64,000 nucleotides of DNA from Chloroflexota bacterium (lineage in GTDB: Bacteria > Chloroflexota > Limnocylindria > Limnocylindrales > CSP1-4). Positions 53,266 to 62,435 of the stretch are shown piece after piece; position 1 is the first letter of the stretch; every line of letters begins with the position of its first letter. The stretch spans positions 29,286 to 93,285 of the forward strand of contig JAJXUG010000002.1 of assembly GCA_021783095.1 (NCBI GenBank). Direction: 5' to 3'. The notes beneath the pieces were generated by a model, which did not search any database, was not told the DNA's origin, and saw only the letters and a list, made by a program, of their open reading frames with translations. A program made the translations under genes and the position numbers.

Positions 53266-55475
53266 GCCTCGTCAAGCGTCGCGGGCTGGTCCACGCTGAC
53301 CCAGCGCTGATCCACCAGCAGGTGGATCAGCGTCGGCCCGGACGCGGCCAGCGCGGTCCGCAGCGCGGGCTCGAACGCCGCATCCGTCTCCACCCGAACA
53401 CCCCGCGCCCCGCAGGCGCGGGCCGCGGCCGCGAAGTCCACCGGCCCGAGATCCGTCCCGGGCGAGGTAGGGCTGCCACGCTGCTCCTGGTGGTCGCGGA
53501 TCATCCCGTAGCGCTCGTTGTCGAACACGACCGCGACGACATGGGCCCCCTCGCGCACCGCCGTCTCGATCTCGGCCAGGGTCATGCCCATCCCGCCGTC
53601 GCCGACGAGTGCGACCACGCGCCGCTCGCGGTGGACGACGGCGGCCGCCAGCGCGGCCGGGAAGGCGTAGCCCATCGCGCCCGACGTGGGCCCGAGGAAG
53701 GTGCCGGGCCGACGGAAGCGGAAGCCCCGGGCGGCCCAGCCCGCGAACGCGCCGGCGTCGGTCGTGACGATGGCGTCCTCGGGCAGCAGGCGTCGCAGCT
53801 CGGCGACAACCTTGCCGGGGTTCACGCCCGGACCGCTCCACGGGTGCTGGTCCACGACGCTCGCCGCCTCGTAGGCCGCCCGGTCCGCGGCGTTGTTCCG
53901 GTCACGGGCGGCAACCGGCTCCGCGAGCAGGACCGCGTCCTTGAGGCGGGCAGTCGCGGCGCGCAGGAAGGCGCGGGCGTCGGCGCGGATCGAGAGGGCC
54001 GGCGCCGGCGAATCGCCGACCGCCTCCGTCCGCGGCTCCGCGTCGATGTGGATCCAGTGCTGGCCCGGCGCCGGCAGCCGGTAGCCGGCCGTCGTCGGCT
54101 CGGACAGCCGCGACCCGATCACGACCAGCACGTCGGCTTCGGCGACGCGCTCGCGAACGGTTGCCGGACTGCCGAAGCCGGTCATGCCCAAGTACAGCGG
54201 ATGGTCGTTGGGGATGACGTCACCGCGCCGCCAGCTCGACACGACCGGCACGTGCAGCATCTCTGCCAGGCGGACGAGGTCGTTTGAGCAGCGGGCGCGC
54301 AGGACGCCGGCGCCGGCGAGGATCAGCGGGCGGTCCGCGCCCGCCAGGGCGTGGAGCACGGCGGTCACGTCGGATCGCGCGGGAGCCTCAGGGTGCGGGC
54401 GGACCACGGGGGCCTTCGTTCCCTCGGGGAGCGCGAGGTCCAGGGCGTCCTCCGGCAGGACGAGCAGTGCAGGACCGGGGCGTCCCTCCAGGGCCGCCTT
54501 CACGGCGGCCTCGAGCGTGGCGCCCGCCGTCTCGGCATCGTCGATCCGGCCCGCCCACTTGGCGAGCCGCCCGATCGTGCCGACGAGATCCACCTCCTGG
54601 AAGGCCTCACGACCGCGGATGCCGCGGTCCACGTCGCCCACGAGCGCGAACATGGGCGTGGAGTCCGCGGTGGCGGTGTGGATGCCGATGGCCAGGTTGG
54701 CGGCACCGACGGCGCGAGTCCCGAGGCAGGCGGCGGGGCGTCCGGTCAGCTGGCCGTAGGCCTCGGCGGCCATCGCGGCCGCGCCCTCGTGGTGGGTGGC
54801 GATGACGCGGATTCCCGCTGCGGCGAACGCGTCGAGGACCGGCAGGAAGCTCTCGCCGGGGACCGTGAACGCGAGGCGGACGCCGGCGGCGCGGAGGGTG
54901 GCGGCGATCAGCTCGGCGACCGTCGTCGGCTCGGCGTGGGCGGGCTCAGTCTCAGCAGCCTCGTCGGAGGCGACCCGCTCGCCAGCCTCGGCGATGGGCT
55001 CCCCCGCCTCGGCGGTCTCGTCGGCGGCGACGACGTCCTCGTCGGCCGCTGGCGCGTCGATCTCGGCCGCGACGAGATCCTCGTCCGCTGGCGGCGCGTC
55101 TGCCTCGGCGGCCACGACGTCCTCGTCGGCGGCGACGAGATCCTCGTCGGCCGCTGGCGGCGCGTCGGCCTCGACCTCGGCCTCGGGCGCGTCGACGATC
55201 GGCGTGCCGGCGCCGGCGTCCGCGCTCGGGGCTTCGGCCGGCTCGGCGCTCACGGCCGCCGCGACGCCTTCGGCAGGATCGACGGCGAACGCGGGCTCGA
55301 CTTCCGGGCTTGCGGGCTGCCCTGCCCAGTCGGCCGGATCGGCCTCGTCAACGGGCTCGACGGTGGCGGCACCAGCGGCATCGACGCCCTCCTCGGTCAG
55401 GCCAGCCGGCGCATTCCCCAGCGGCTCGTCCGACTCGGTCTGTCGCTCCTCGACATGCCCTTCGCTCTCCGACAT
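53262..55475 (-). CDS. thiamine-pyrophosphate-dependent enzyme (acetolactate-synthase large-subunit-like) with ~190-aa acidic Ala/Asp/Glu-rich N-terminal extension
   Basis: TPP-enzyme N-terminal Pyr domain (RLAFTVPGESFLPVLDAFAAAGIRVIATHHEGAAAMAAEAYGQ), middle domain, and C-terminal TPP-binding GDGGMGMTLAEIETA...N motif. Start is ATG 55475 with GGAGG 6 nt upstream. Confidence 0.8.
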   Translation of the reverse strand: MSESEGHVEERQTESDEPLGNAPAGLTEEGVDAAGAATVEPVDEADPADWAGQPASPEVEPAFAVDPAEGVAAAVSAEPAEAPSADAGAGTPIVDAPEAEVEADAPPAADEDLVAADEDVVAAEADAPPADEDLVAAEIDAPAADEDVVAADETAEAGEPIAEAGERVASDEAAETEPAHAEPTTVAELIAATLRAAGVRLAFTVPGESFLPVLDAFAAAGIRVIATHHEGAAAMAAEAYGQLTGRPAACLGTRAVGAANLAIGIHTATADSTPMFALVGDVDRGIRGREAFQEVDLVGTIGRLAKWAGRIDDAETAGATLEAAVKAALEGRPGPALLVLPEDALDLALPEGTKAPVVRPHPEAPARSDVTAVLHALAGADRPLILAGAGVLRARCSNDLVRLAEMLHVPVVSSWRRGDVIPNDHPLYLGMTGFGSPATVRERVAEADVLVVIGSRLSEPTTAGYRLPAPGQHWIHIDAEPRTEAVGDSPAPALSIRADARAFLRAATARLKDAVLLAEPVAARDRNNAADRAAYEAASVVDQHPWSGPGVNPGKVVAELRRLLPEDAIVTTDAGAFAGWAARGFRFRRPGTFLGPTSGAMGYAFPAALAAAVVHRERRVVALVGDGGMGMTLAEIETAVREGAHVVAVVFDNERYGMIRDHQEQRGSPTSPGTDLGPVDFAAAARACGARGVRVETDAAFEPALRTALAASGPTLIHLLVDQRWVSVDQPATLDEA
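55028..55175. repeat. degenerate ~21/42-bp tandem repeats inside the 5' end of the TPP-enzyme CDS, encoding (D/E)EDLVAA / DEDVVAAEADAPPA repeats
   Basis: Repeated GACGAGATCCTCGTCGGCCGCTGGCGGCGCGTC-like units are visible on the plus strand. Confidence 0.55.
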
Positions 55476-55668
55476 CTCGACCTCCTGGGCCGGCGGGGAC
55501 GGCGGTCCGTCCGGGCGCCGGGGCGTGGATGGGTGCAATGTCCTGCGCTAGTGCTGCGGAAGGTTGCCCGCTCCGAGCATCATCGTTGCTACGAGCCCTG
55601 CGACAACGATGACCGCAACCACGATCATCACGGTGCGGGCCGACTTGGCTCCCGGCATCCGGCTCCTC

Positions 55669-56160
55669 CTAGCGGTAGTTCTCGAATTGGAGCGGCACGG
55701 CCTCGTCGAGCTCCCGGAGGCGAACGATCACCCGCTGCAGCTCGTCCTTGCTCTTGCCCGCGACCCGGACGGCGTCGCCCTGGACCCTCGGCTGGACCTT
55801 GGGGAACTCGTCCCGGATCAGCTTGACGATCTTGCGCGCCAGGTCGTCCGAGAGCCCGCGTCGCAGCGGGATCTCCTGGCGAACCTTGGCGCCGCCGGCC
55901 GGCTCCACCTTGCCCCAGTCGAAGATCTTGAGCGAGAGGTTGCGCCGCACGGCTTTCGATTCGATGAGGTCGCGAACGGCCCGTGCGCGCATCTCGCTGT
56001 CGGTCACCAGGACGAGCTGGCCCTTCTCCTGCGTCAGCTCGACTTGGGCGCCCTTGAAGTCGTAGCGCTGGATGATCTCGCGCCGGACCTGGTCCAGCGC
56101 GTTCCGCAGCTCCTGCTCGTCGAAGTCCGACACCACGTCGAACGAGACCTCGCCCGCCAT
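55669..56160 (-). CDS. yajQ: YajQ-family (UPF0234) nucleotide-binding protein
   Basis: MAGEVSFDVVSDFDEQELRNALDQVRREIIQRYDFKG matches the highly conserved YajQ N-terminus. 163 aa from ATG 56160. Confidence 0.85.
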   Translation of the reverse strand: MAGEVSFDVVSDFDEQELRNALDQVRREIIQRYDFKGAQVELTQEKGQLVLVTDSEMRARAVRDLIESKAVRRNLSLKIFDWGKVEPAGGAKVRQEIPLRRGLSDDLARKIVKLIRDEFPKVQPRVQGDAVRVAGKSKDELQRVIVRLRELDEAVPLQFENYR

Positions 56161-56183
56161 CGGCGCTCCCTTCAGCCCGCGCG

Positions 56184-56558
56184 CTACTCGCGGGTCACCG
56201 TCCAGAGCCGCAGGCGCACGATGCGCCCGTCCCCTCCAACCTCGGCGGAGAGGAAGCCTGCCTGCCGGACCTTCGCCCCGTCCGCGGGGCGGGTCCAACT
56301 GGCGTGCCACGCGGCGAGCACGGTGTCCCCCGACACCCAGTGGCGCTCGATCGCGAGGTCGTACCAGCGCTCGGCGCCCGCCGCTGCCAGCAAGTATGCC
56401 CGCAGGTCGTTGTGCCCGGCGAGCGGTGTTGCGAAGGGGTCCAGGGCGAGCTCCGCGTCAGGCGTGAACAGCGCGGTGAACGCGTCGCCGTCGTGGGCCG
56501 TGCGCGCCCCGGCGAAGGCGTCGAGCAGGTCGTGGGCTGCCGCGTAGCCGATCGTCAT
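56184..56558 (-). CDS. NTF2-like (SnoaL-like) small protein
   Basis: 124 aa with conserved Asp/His/Trp positions of the alpha+beta cone fold. Family assignment is tentative. Confidence 0.5.
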   Translation of the reverse strand: MTIGYAAAHDLLDAFAGARTAHDGDAFTALFTPDAELALDPFATPLAGHNDLRAYLLAAAGAERWYDLAIERHWVSGDTVLAAWHASWTRPADGAKVRQAGFLSAEVGGDGRIVRLRLWTVTRE

Positions 56559-58090
56559 CGGGCCGCGAGGTGATCGAGCAGCAGCTCGGCGATGCGGTAG
56601 GAGCGCCCGCCGCCCATGACCAGGACCACGTCTCCGGCCCGCACGCGGGTCGCGAGCCAGGACGCGGTTGCCTCGACGGACCCGGGCGCCACGGCCGTCA
56701 TCCCCGGGTTGCGGCGCGCGACCGCGTCGGCCAGGCCGGCCGAGCTCGCGACCGTGGTGTCCGGGTCGCGGCCGGCCCAGATGTCGGCGATCGCGACGGC
56801 GTCGGCCGTGGCCAGCACCTCGGCGAAGTCGTCGAGCAGGGCGGCAGTCCGGTGGTAGGTCAGCGGCTCGTAGACGGCCCAGACCCGTCGGCCGGGCTCG
56901 CGCTGGCGCACGGCCGCGAGCGTCTCGCGGATGGCCGTGGGGTGGTGGCCGTAGTCGTCGTACACCACGACGCCCGCCGCCTCGCCCTTGCGCTCCAGCC
57001 GCCGGCCGACGCCCGGGAACGAGGCGACCGCCCCGAGGACGCTGTCGATTGCGTGCCCCGCCGCGAGGCAGGCGCCGATCACCCCCAGCGCGTTCGCCGC
57101 GTTGTGGCGGCCGGCCGTGGGGAGGCGGACCTGGCGGGCGTCGCTGGCGGCGTTGGCGTCGGCTGGGCCGAGCTCAACGCGGAGCAGCGTGCCGTCGGGC
57201 TCGGCGGCGAGGATCTGGCCCGTCAGGTCGGCCGTGCCGGGCGCGGCGTCGAGCGCCACCCGCAGGATGCGCCCGGGCCAGTCGCCCAGCCTCCGGACCA
57301 GCGCCGCCACGCCGGCATCGCCGACGTTCGCCACGAGCACCGGCGTGCGGTCGGCGGGCGAGCGACCTGCGGCGGCTCGACGGATCCACGCCTCGAACGA
57401 GGCGAGCACCGCGTCCCGGTCGGCGAAGACGTCGGGGTGGTCCCACTCGGCGGAGGTCAGCACGGTCACGTCCGGCCGGTACGGGTCGAAGTTGCCGGCG
57501 TACTCGTCAGCCTCCACCACGAACGCCTCGCCGGCGCCGCGGCGGGCGGTCGCGGGCAGCCCGATGCCCGTGAGCGAGGCCGGCAGCAGCGCCCCCACGA
57601 AGGCAGCCGGGTCCGCGCCGATCGCGGCGAGCGTGTGGACCAGCCAGCCGGCGCTCGTGCTCTTGCCGTGCGTCCCGGCCGCGGCCATCAGCAGCCGCCC
57701 GTGCGCCGCGTCGGCGACCACCTGCTGCCAGGGCTCGAGCGGGATGCCCGCCTCGCGCGCGGCCGCGAGCTCCGCGTTGTCGGGATCGATCGCGGTGAGC
57801 GCCTTGGTGACCGCGAGCCTCGCCGGACGGCGCGGCCCGGCGACGTGCGAGGGATCGTGCGCAGGGGCGACGTGGACGCCGACCGCGTCGAGCGCCGGCG
57901 TGTACTGGCTGGGGCCGCCCGGGTCGCAGCCGTCGACATCGGCGCCGGCCCACACGGCGAGCAGCGCGGCGGCGGACGCGCCGGCACCCTGGGCGCCCAC
58001 GATGTGGATGCGCTCACCCGCAACGATCGGCCGGGCAGGCCGGGCGGACGCAAGGCCCAGACCGATCTCGCCTGCGCCGCGGACCGTCAC
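56555..58090 (-). CDS. Mur ligase family protein (MurC/Mpl-like UDP-N-acetylmuramate ligase)
   Basis: N-terminal Rossmann region RIHIVGAQGAGASAAALLAVWAGADVDGCD, central P-loop GTHGKSTSAGWL, and a C-terminal Mur-ligase domain (DDYGHHPTAI). Confidence 0.75.
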   Translation of the reverse strand: MTVRGAGEIGLGLASARPARPIVAGERIHIVGAQGAGASAAALLAVWAGADVDGCDPGGPSQYTPALDAVGVHVAPAHDPSHVAGPRRPARLAVTKALTAIDPDNAELAAAREAGIPLEPWQQVVADAAHGRLLMAAAGTHGKSTSAGWLVHTLAAIGADPAAFVGALLPASLTGIGLPATARRGAGEAFVVEADEYAGNFDPYRPDVTVLTSAEWDHPDVFADRDAVLASFEAWIRRAAAGRSPADRTPVLVANVGDAGVAALVRRLGDWPGRILRVALDAAPGTADLTGQILAAEPDGTLLRVELGPADANAASDARQVRLPTAGRHNAANALGVIGACLAAGHAIDSVLGAVASFPGVGRRLERKGEAAGVVVYDDYGHHPTAIRETLAAVRQREPGRRVWAVYEPLTYHRTAALLDDFAEVLATADAVAIADIWAGRDPDTTVASSAGLADAVARRNPGMTAVAPGSVEATASWLATRVRAGDVVLVMGGGRSYRIAELLLDHLAAR

Positions 58091-58578
58091 CGGCGCCCCT
58101 CGGCCGCCTCGAGCAGCAGCCGCAGCGCGGCCTCGGCGCTGGCCCGCTTGTTGCCCTCGCGGTCGTGCGGCCAGGCGAACCGCTGCACGACGGGTGCCTC
58201 GCCGCCCGCCACCGCCACGTAGACGAGGCCGACCGGCTTGGCGTCGCTGCCCCCGTCCGGGCCCGCGACGCCGGTGACGCTCGCCGCCAGGTCAGCCGCG
58301 AGCCGCGCGCGGGCGCCCTCCGCCATCGCAACCGCCACCTGGGCCGACACGGCGCCGTGCTTGCTGAGCGCCTCGCCCGGGACGCCGAGCAGCGATGCCT
58401 TGACCTCGTCGCTGTAGGCCACGACGCCGCCCCGGAAGTACCCGGACGAGCCCGGCACCTCGGTGATGAGGTGGGCCACGAGGCCGCCCGTGCAGGACTC
58501 GGCGGTGGCGACGGTCAGGCCACGGGAGAGGCAGGCCTCCTGGAGGCGGCGTGCCTGTTCCTCCAGCGGGTCGGGCAT
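58087..58578 (-). CDS. CinA C-terminal-domain protein (PncC-like NMN deamidase family)
   Basis: ACLSRGLTVATAESCTGGLVAHLITEVPGSS is the CinA C-terminal signature. Confidence 0.85.
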   Translation of the reverse strand: MPDPLEEQARRLQEACLSRGLTVATAESCTGGLVAHLITEVPGSSGYFRGGVVAYSDEVKASLLGVPGEALSKHGAVSAQVAVAMAEGARARLAADLAASVTGVAGPDGGSDAKPVGLVYVAVAGGEAPVVQRFAWPHDREGNKRASAEAALRLLLEAAEGRR

Positions 58579-58580
58579 CG

Positions 58581-60026
58581 CTAGGTCCGGTTCGTCTTGG
58601 CCGGCGGGCTGGGCGGCGCGAAGAGCCAGGTCTCAGGGTTCCCCGCGGTCGACATGCGCCCGAGGCTCTGGCCGTTCACGGTGTAGTAGGTCGCGCTCGA
58701 CTTGCCCGTGCGGACCTCGATGGTGTGCTGGCCGGTGAACGTCAGGGTCTTGCCCGGGTCGTAGACGACGCCGGCCGCGCCCGTGACCGGCGAGATGGTC
58801 CCGTCCACCCAGACCTTGAGCCACGCTCGCCCGCCCTTGATCTGGATCACCACGATGACGCCCTGGTACTGGATCGACACGTGGCGCGAGAGGGACGTCG
58901 TCTTGCCATCCGCGGACACCGCCGTGACCACGACCTCCCAGTCGCCGGCCGACAGGTTGACCGGGGTCTCGAACGAGCCGTCCGAGGCCACGTCCACGGT
59001 CACCGGCCCCACGTCCGGCGTTGCGGTTGGCCCCGGCGACGCGGACGCGCCCGGCGCGGCCGACGCGCTGGGCTTGGCGGACGGCGGGGACGAGGCGCCG
59101 GGCTTCGCGGATGGCGTGGCCGACGCCGAGCCGGACTGGGCGGCGACCTGGTTCGCTGTCACGGTCACCTTGGCCGCATTGGTCGTCGTCCCGTTCACCG
59201 GGATCGCCCCGTTGGCGAAGCGTGCACCCTCCGCTGGTGAGTCGAGCGTCAGCCCCGGCGCCTCCACCGCAGCGACCGGGACCGTGATGAACAGCTTCAC
59301 GGTCGCGTCCGAGGGCTTGCCCGTCTCCGGGTCCACGGCGCTGACGTCGAACTCGTTGCGGCCCCGACGCAGCTGGACGTCCACGGTCCAGCGCCCGGCG
59401 CCGTCCGCGGACACCGTATAGGGCTGGCTGAGGCCCGGATCGGTGATGGTGATCGAGGCGCCGGCGATCGAGGTGCCGCGGAGCGTGTACGAGGTGGTCC
59501 CGTCCGGCACGTTGATCACCGCCTGGGCGGGATCGCTGACCTCGATCGTGGGCGGCTTGTTGTAGCGCAGCAGCTGGACGCCGATGTACACGCCGAAGGC
59601 GGCGATGAGGACCAGCAGGAGCGCGGCCACCACGACGACCGGCGAGATCGTGAAGCCCTGGCGCGGCGCCTCGAGCGGGCGCGGCACGTTGAGCACGGGC
59701 TCGGCAGGCATCGCGAGGTCGCCCCGCTCGTGCTTCCACTGGCGCGTGACGTCCTCCGGGTCGAGCCCGAGGTACAGCGCGTAGTTGCGCAGGAACCCCT
59801 TGGTGTAGACCGATCCCGGCAGGTCGCCGTAGTCGCCTGCCTCGAGGGCCGCCAGGTAGCGCGCCCGGATCTTCGTCTCCCGCTCCGCGCGGAGCAGGTC
59901 CACGCCCTTGTGCTCGCGGGCGGCGATGAGCCGTTCAGGGAGCGTGGGGCCGGCGTCGGGCGCGAAGCCCCGGGCCCCGTCACGCGCCTCAGCGCGAGCT
60001 CGCCGTGCCTCGTCGCGAGCGGTCAT
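58581..60026 (-). CDS. RodZ-like protein: N-terminal XRE HTH, one TM, Pro/Ser/Ala-rich linker, C-terminal DUF4115 domain
   Basis: HTH block LPERLIAAREHKGVDLLRAERETKIRARYLAALEAGDY, a TM helix, and a C-terminal beta-rich domain. Confidence 0.75.
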   Translation of the reverse strand: MTARDEARRARAEARDGARGFAPDAGPTLPERLIAAREHKGVDLLRAERETKIRARYLAALEAGDYGDLPGSVYTKGFLRNYALYLGLDPEDVTRQWKHERGDLAMPAEPVLNVPRPLEAPRQGFTISPVVVVAALLLVLIAAFGVYIGVQLLRYNKPPTIEVSDPAQAVINVPDGTTSYTLRGTSIAGASITITDPGLSQPYTVSADGAGRWTVDVQLRRGRNEFDVSAVDPETGKPSDATVKLFITVPVAAVEAPGLTLDSPAEGARFANGAIPVNGTTTNAAKVTVTANQVAAQSGSASATPSAKPGASSPPSAKPSASAAPGASASPGPTATPDVGPVTVDVASDGSFETPVNLSAGDWEVVVTAVSADGKTTSLSRHVSIQYQGVIVVIQIKGGRAWLKVWVDGTISPVTGAAGVVYDPGKTLTFTGQHTIEVRTGKSSATYYTVNGQSLGRMSTAGNPETWLFAPPSPPAKTNRT

Positions 60027-62434
60027 GCGTCGTCCTCGTCCTCGGCGGTCGGACCGTCGTCACGACGGAGGACCACCCGGGCATTCGACCCGTCGAACGC
60101 CCCCACGTATCCGCGCGACTCCAACTGGTCGATCATCCGGGCCGCGCGTGCATAGCCAACCTTGAGGCGCCGCTGCAACAGGGACGCCGAGGCACGATCG
60201 TACTCCCGGATCACCGAGACGGCATCCGGCAGCAGGCGATCGGCCTCCTCCTCGGGCATGTCGCTCACGTTGCCCGTGGACTCGTCGTCCGAGGTGATGA
60301 TCGAGAGGTCGTAGTGCGGGTCGCCGTCCATCTGGGACCGCCAGTGCTCGGTGATCCGGTTGATCTCGGGGTCGGCGACGAACACGCCCTGGAGGCGCAT
60401 CGGCCGCGGCAGGTCCGACGGCTGGTAGAGCATGTCGCCCCGGCCGATCAGGTCCTCGGCGCCCGGCGCGTCGAGGATCGTGCGGCTGTCGATCTGGCTG
60501 GCCATCGCGAACGCGATGCGCGACGGGAAGTTCGCCTTGATCAGCCCCGTGACCACGTTGACCGACGGCCGCTGCGTGGCCAGGACCATGTGGATGCCCG
60601 TCGCGCGCGCCTTCTGGGCGAGGCGCACGATCGGGTCCTCGATGTTCTTGCCCTCGCGCATCATCAGGTCGGCGAGCTCGTCGATGACGATCACGATGTA
60701 GGGCATGCGGTCGGCCGGGTCCGCCCGCGTCTCGTTGAAGCCCTTGATGTTGCGCGCCGTGGCGCCGGCGAACCGCCGGTAGCGGTTCTCCATCTCGTTG
60801 ACCGCCCACTTGAGGGCCGACTTCGCGCGCTCGGGCTCCGTGATGACCGGCACGTACAGGTGCGGCAGCCCGTTGTACCCGGCGAGCTCGACGCGCTTGA
60901 GGTCCATCAGGATCATCCGGACCTCGGTCGGGTCGGCCTTGCACAGCAGGCTCGTGATCAGTGCGTTCACCATCACGCTCTTGCCCGAGCCGGTGGCGCC
61001 CGCGATCAGCAGGTGGGGCATCCGGGCGAGGTCCACCGCGGTGGCCTTGCCGGCGACGTCGCGGCCGAGGGCGAACATCAGCCTGGAGCCGTTCGCCGCG
61101 AAGTCGACCTCGTCGAAGATGCGGCGCAGCGAGACGACGTTGAACTCGGCGTTGGGGATCTCGATGCCGACCGCGCTCTTGCCCGGGATCGGCGCCTCGA
61201 TGCGGATGCTCCGCGCCGCCAGCGCCATGGCGAGGTCGTCCGAGAGCGCCTCGATCCGGCTGACCTTGACGTGCGCGGCGGGCTGGACCTCGTACTGCGT
61301 GACGACGGGTCCGGCATTGCGCCCGACGATGCTCGCCTCGATGCCGAAGCTGGCCAGCTTCTCGATGATCCGCGTCTCGTTGTGCCGGTGGATCGCCTCG
61401 CGGCTGGCCCCGTCGCCGGGTGCGGGCACACGGTCCATCTCGAGCAGGTCCAGGCCCGGCAGGCTCCAGGCCACGCCTGCCCGGGTGGAGGGCGCGTCGC
61501 CCGCCTCGACGATGCCGTCGCCGTCGCGGTCGAGCGGGCGGGGGCCTGCATCGGCGGGCTTGGCCGCGCCCGCGGCCGCGATCCCCGCGGCGTCCGGCGC
61601 GTTCGCGCCGAGGACGCGCTGGGGCGCGATCGTGGCGGAGATGGGCGCCGGCGCGGTGATCGCAGGGGGCGTCTGGACCGTGTCCAGGCCGAACAGGCCC
61701 GTCTGGCCCGGCGCGTCGCCCGGGGCGAGGCGCGGCGCCCGGCCGCGGCGGAGCGCCGCCCCGCCGGCATCGCCGGGGTCCAGCGCGGCCGTGCCGTTGC
61801 CCGGCGACCGCCCGGGGCGTCCCGTGACGGCGGACGTGCCCTCGACGACCGGCCGCGCCGACGCGACCGTGCTCGAGATCGACCTGCCGGCCCCGACCAC
61901 CGGGTCGACCAGCGCCCTCAGGGGCCGCTGGATCACGATCAGCGTGGCCGCCACCATGACGCCGGCCAGCACGACCAGGCTCACCGGGCTGCCGAGGACG
62001 TGCTCGAGGGTGTCCTCGAGGAATGTCCCGATCCTGCCCCCGCCGCGCACCGGCAGGTACTGGAGCACACCGAGGAACGCGAGGTAGGCCACGGCCCCGG
62101 CCACGAACCGCCACTGCCAGCCGGCCGGCGGGGCGCTCCCCCACTCGACGTAGGCGCCCCCGGCGATGAGGAGCAGCGGCAGCAGGTAGCGGCCCGTGCC
62201 GAACAGCGGGTTGACCGTCTTCTGCGCCCACTCGGTCAGCGTCCCCTGCTGGGCGGGCAGGAAGATCATGATCAGGACCACGACCCCCAGGACCAGCAGC
62301 ACAAGCCCGAACAGCGAGCGCGCGACCTCGGGACTGACGACGATCGAGGGCAGGCTGAGGCCGGGCGCGGACGACTTCGACCTGCGGCGCGAGGCGGTCG
62401 AGCGACTGGTGCCGGAGCGTCGGCGCTGGGCCAC
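60023..62434 (-). CDS. ftsK: DNA translocase FtsK/SpoIIIE
   Basis: Four N-terminal TM helices, a Pro/Ala-rich linker, a motor domain with Walker A GATGSGKSV and Walker B, and a C-terminal gamma winged-helix domain. Start placed at the first in-frame GTG after the RNase J stop; the ORF-track N-terminus at 62752 overlaps rnj. Confidence 0.85.
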   Translation of the reverse strand: MAQRRRSGTSRSTASRRRSKSSAPGLSLPSIVVSPEVARSLFGLVLLVLGVVVLIMIFLPAQQGTLTEWAQKTVNPLFGTGRYLLPLLLIAGGAYVEWGSAPPAGWQWRFVAGAVAYLAFLGVLQYLPVRGGGRIGTFLEDTLEHVLGSPVSLVVLAGVMVAATLIVIQRPLRALVDPVVGAGRSISSTVASARPVVEGTSAVTGRPGRSPGNGTAALDPGDAGGAALRRGRAPRLAPGDAPGQTGLFGLDTVQTPPAITAPAPISATIAPQRVLGANAPDAAGIAAAGAAKPADAGPRPLDRDGDGIVEAGDAPSTRAGVAWSLPGLDLLEMDRVPAPGDGASREAIHRHNETRIIEKLASFGIEASIVGRNAGPVVTQYEVQPAAHVKVSRIEALSDDLAMALAARSIRIEAPIPGKSAVGIEIPNAEFNVVSLRRIFDEVDFAANGSRLMFALGRDVAGKATAVDLARMPHLLIAGATGSGKSVMVNALITSLLCKADPTEVRMILMDLKRVELAGYNGLPHLYVPVITEPERAKSALKWAVNEMENRYRRFAGATARNIKGFNETRADPADRMPYIVIVIDELADLMMREGKNIEDPIVRLAQKARATGIHMVLATQRPSVNVVTGLIKANFPSRIAFAMASQIDSRTILDAPGAEDLIGRGDMLYQPSDLPRPMRLQGVFVADPEINRITEHWRSQMDGDPHYDLSIITSDDESTGNVSDMPEEEADRLLPDAVSVIREYDRASASLLQRRLKVGYARAARMIDQLESRGYVGAFDGSNARVVLRRDDGPTAEDEDDA

Positions 62435-62435
62435 C

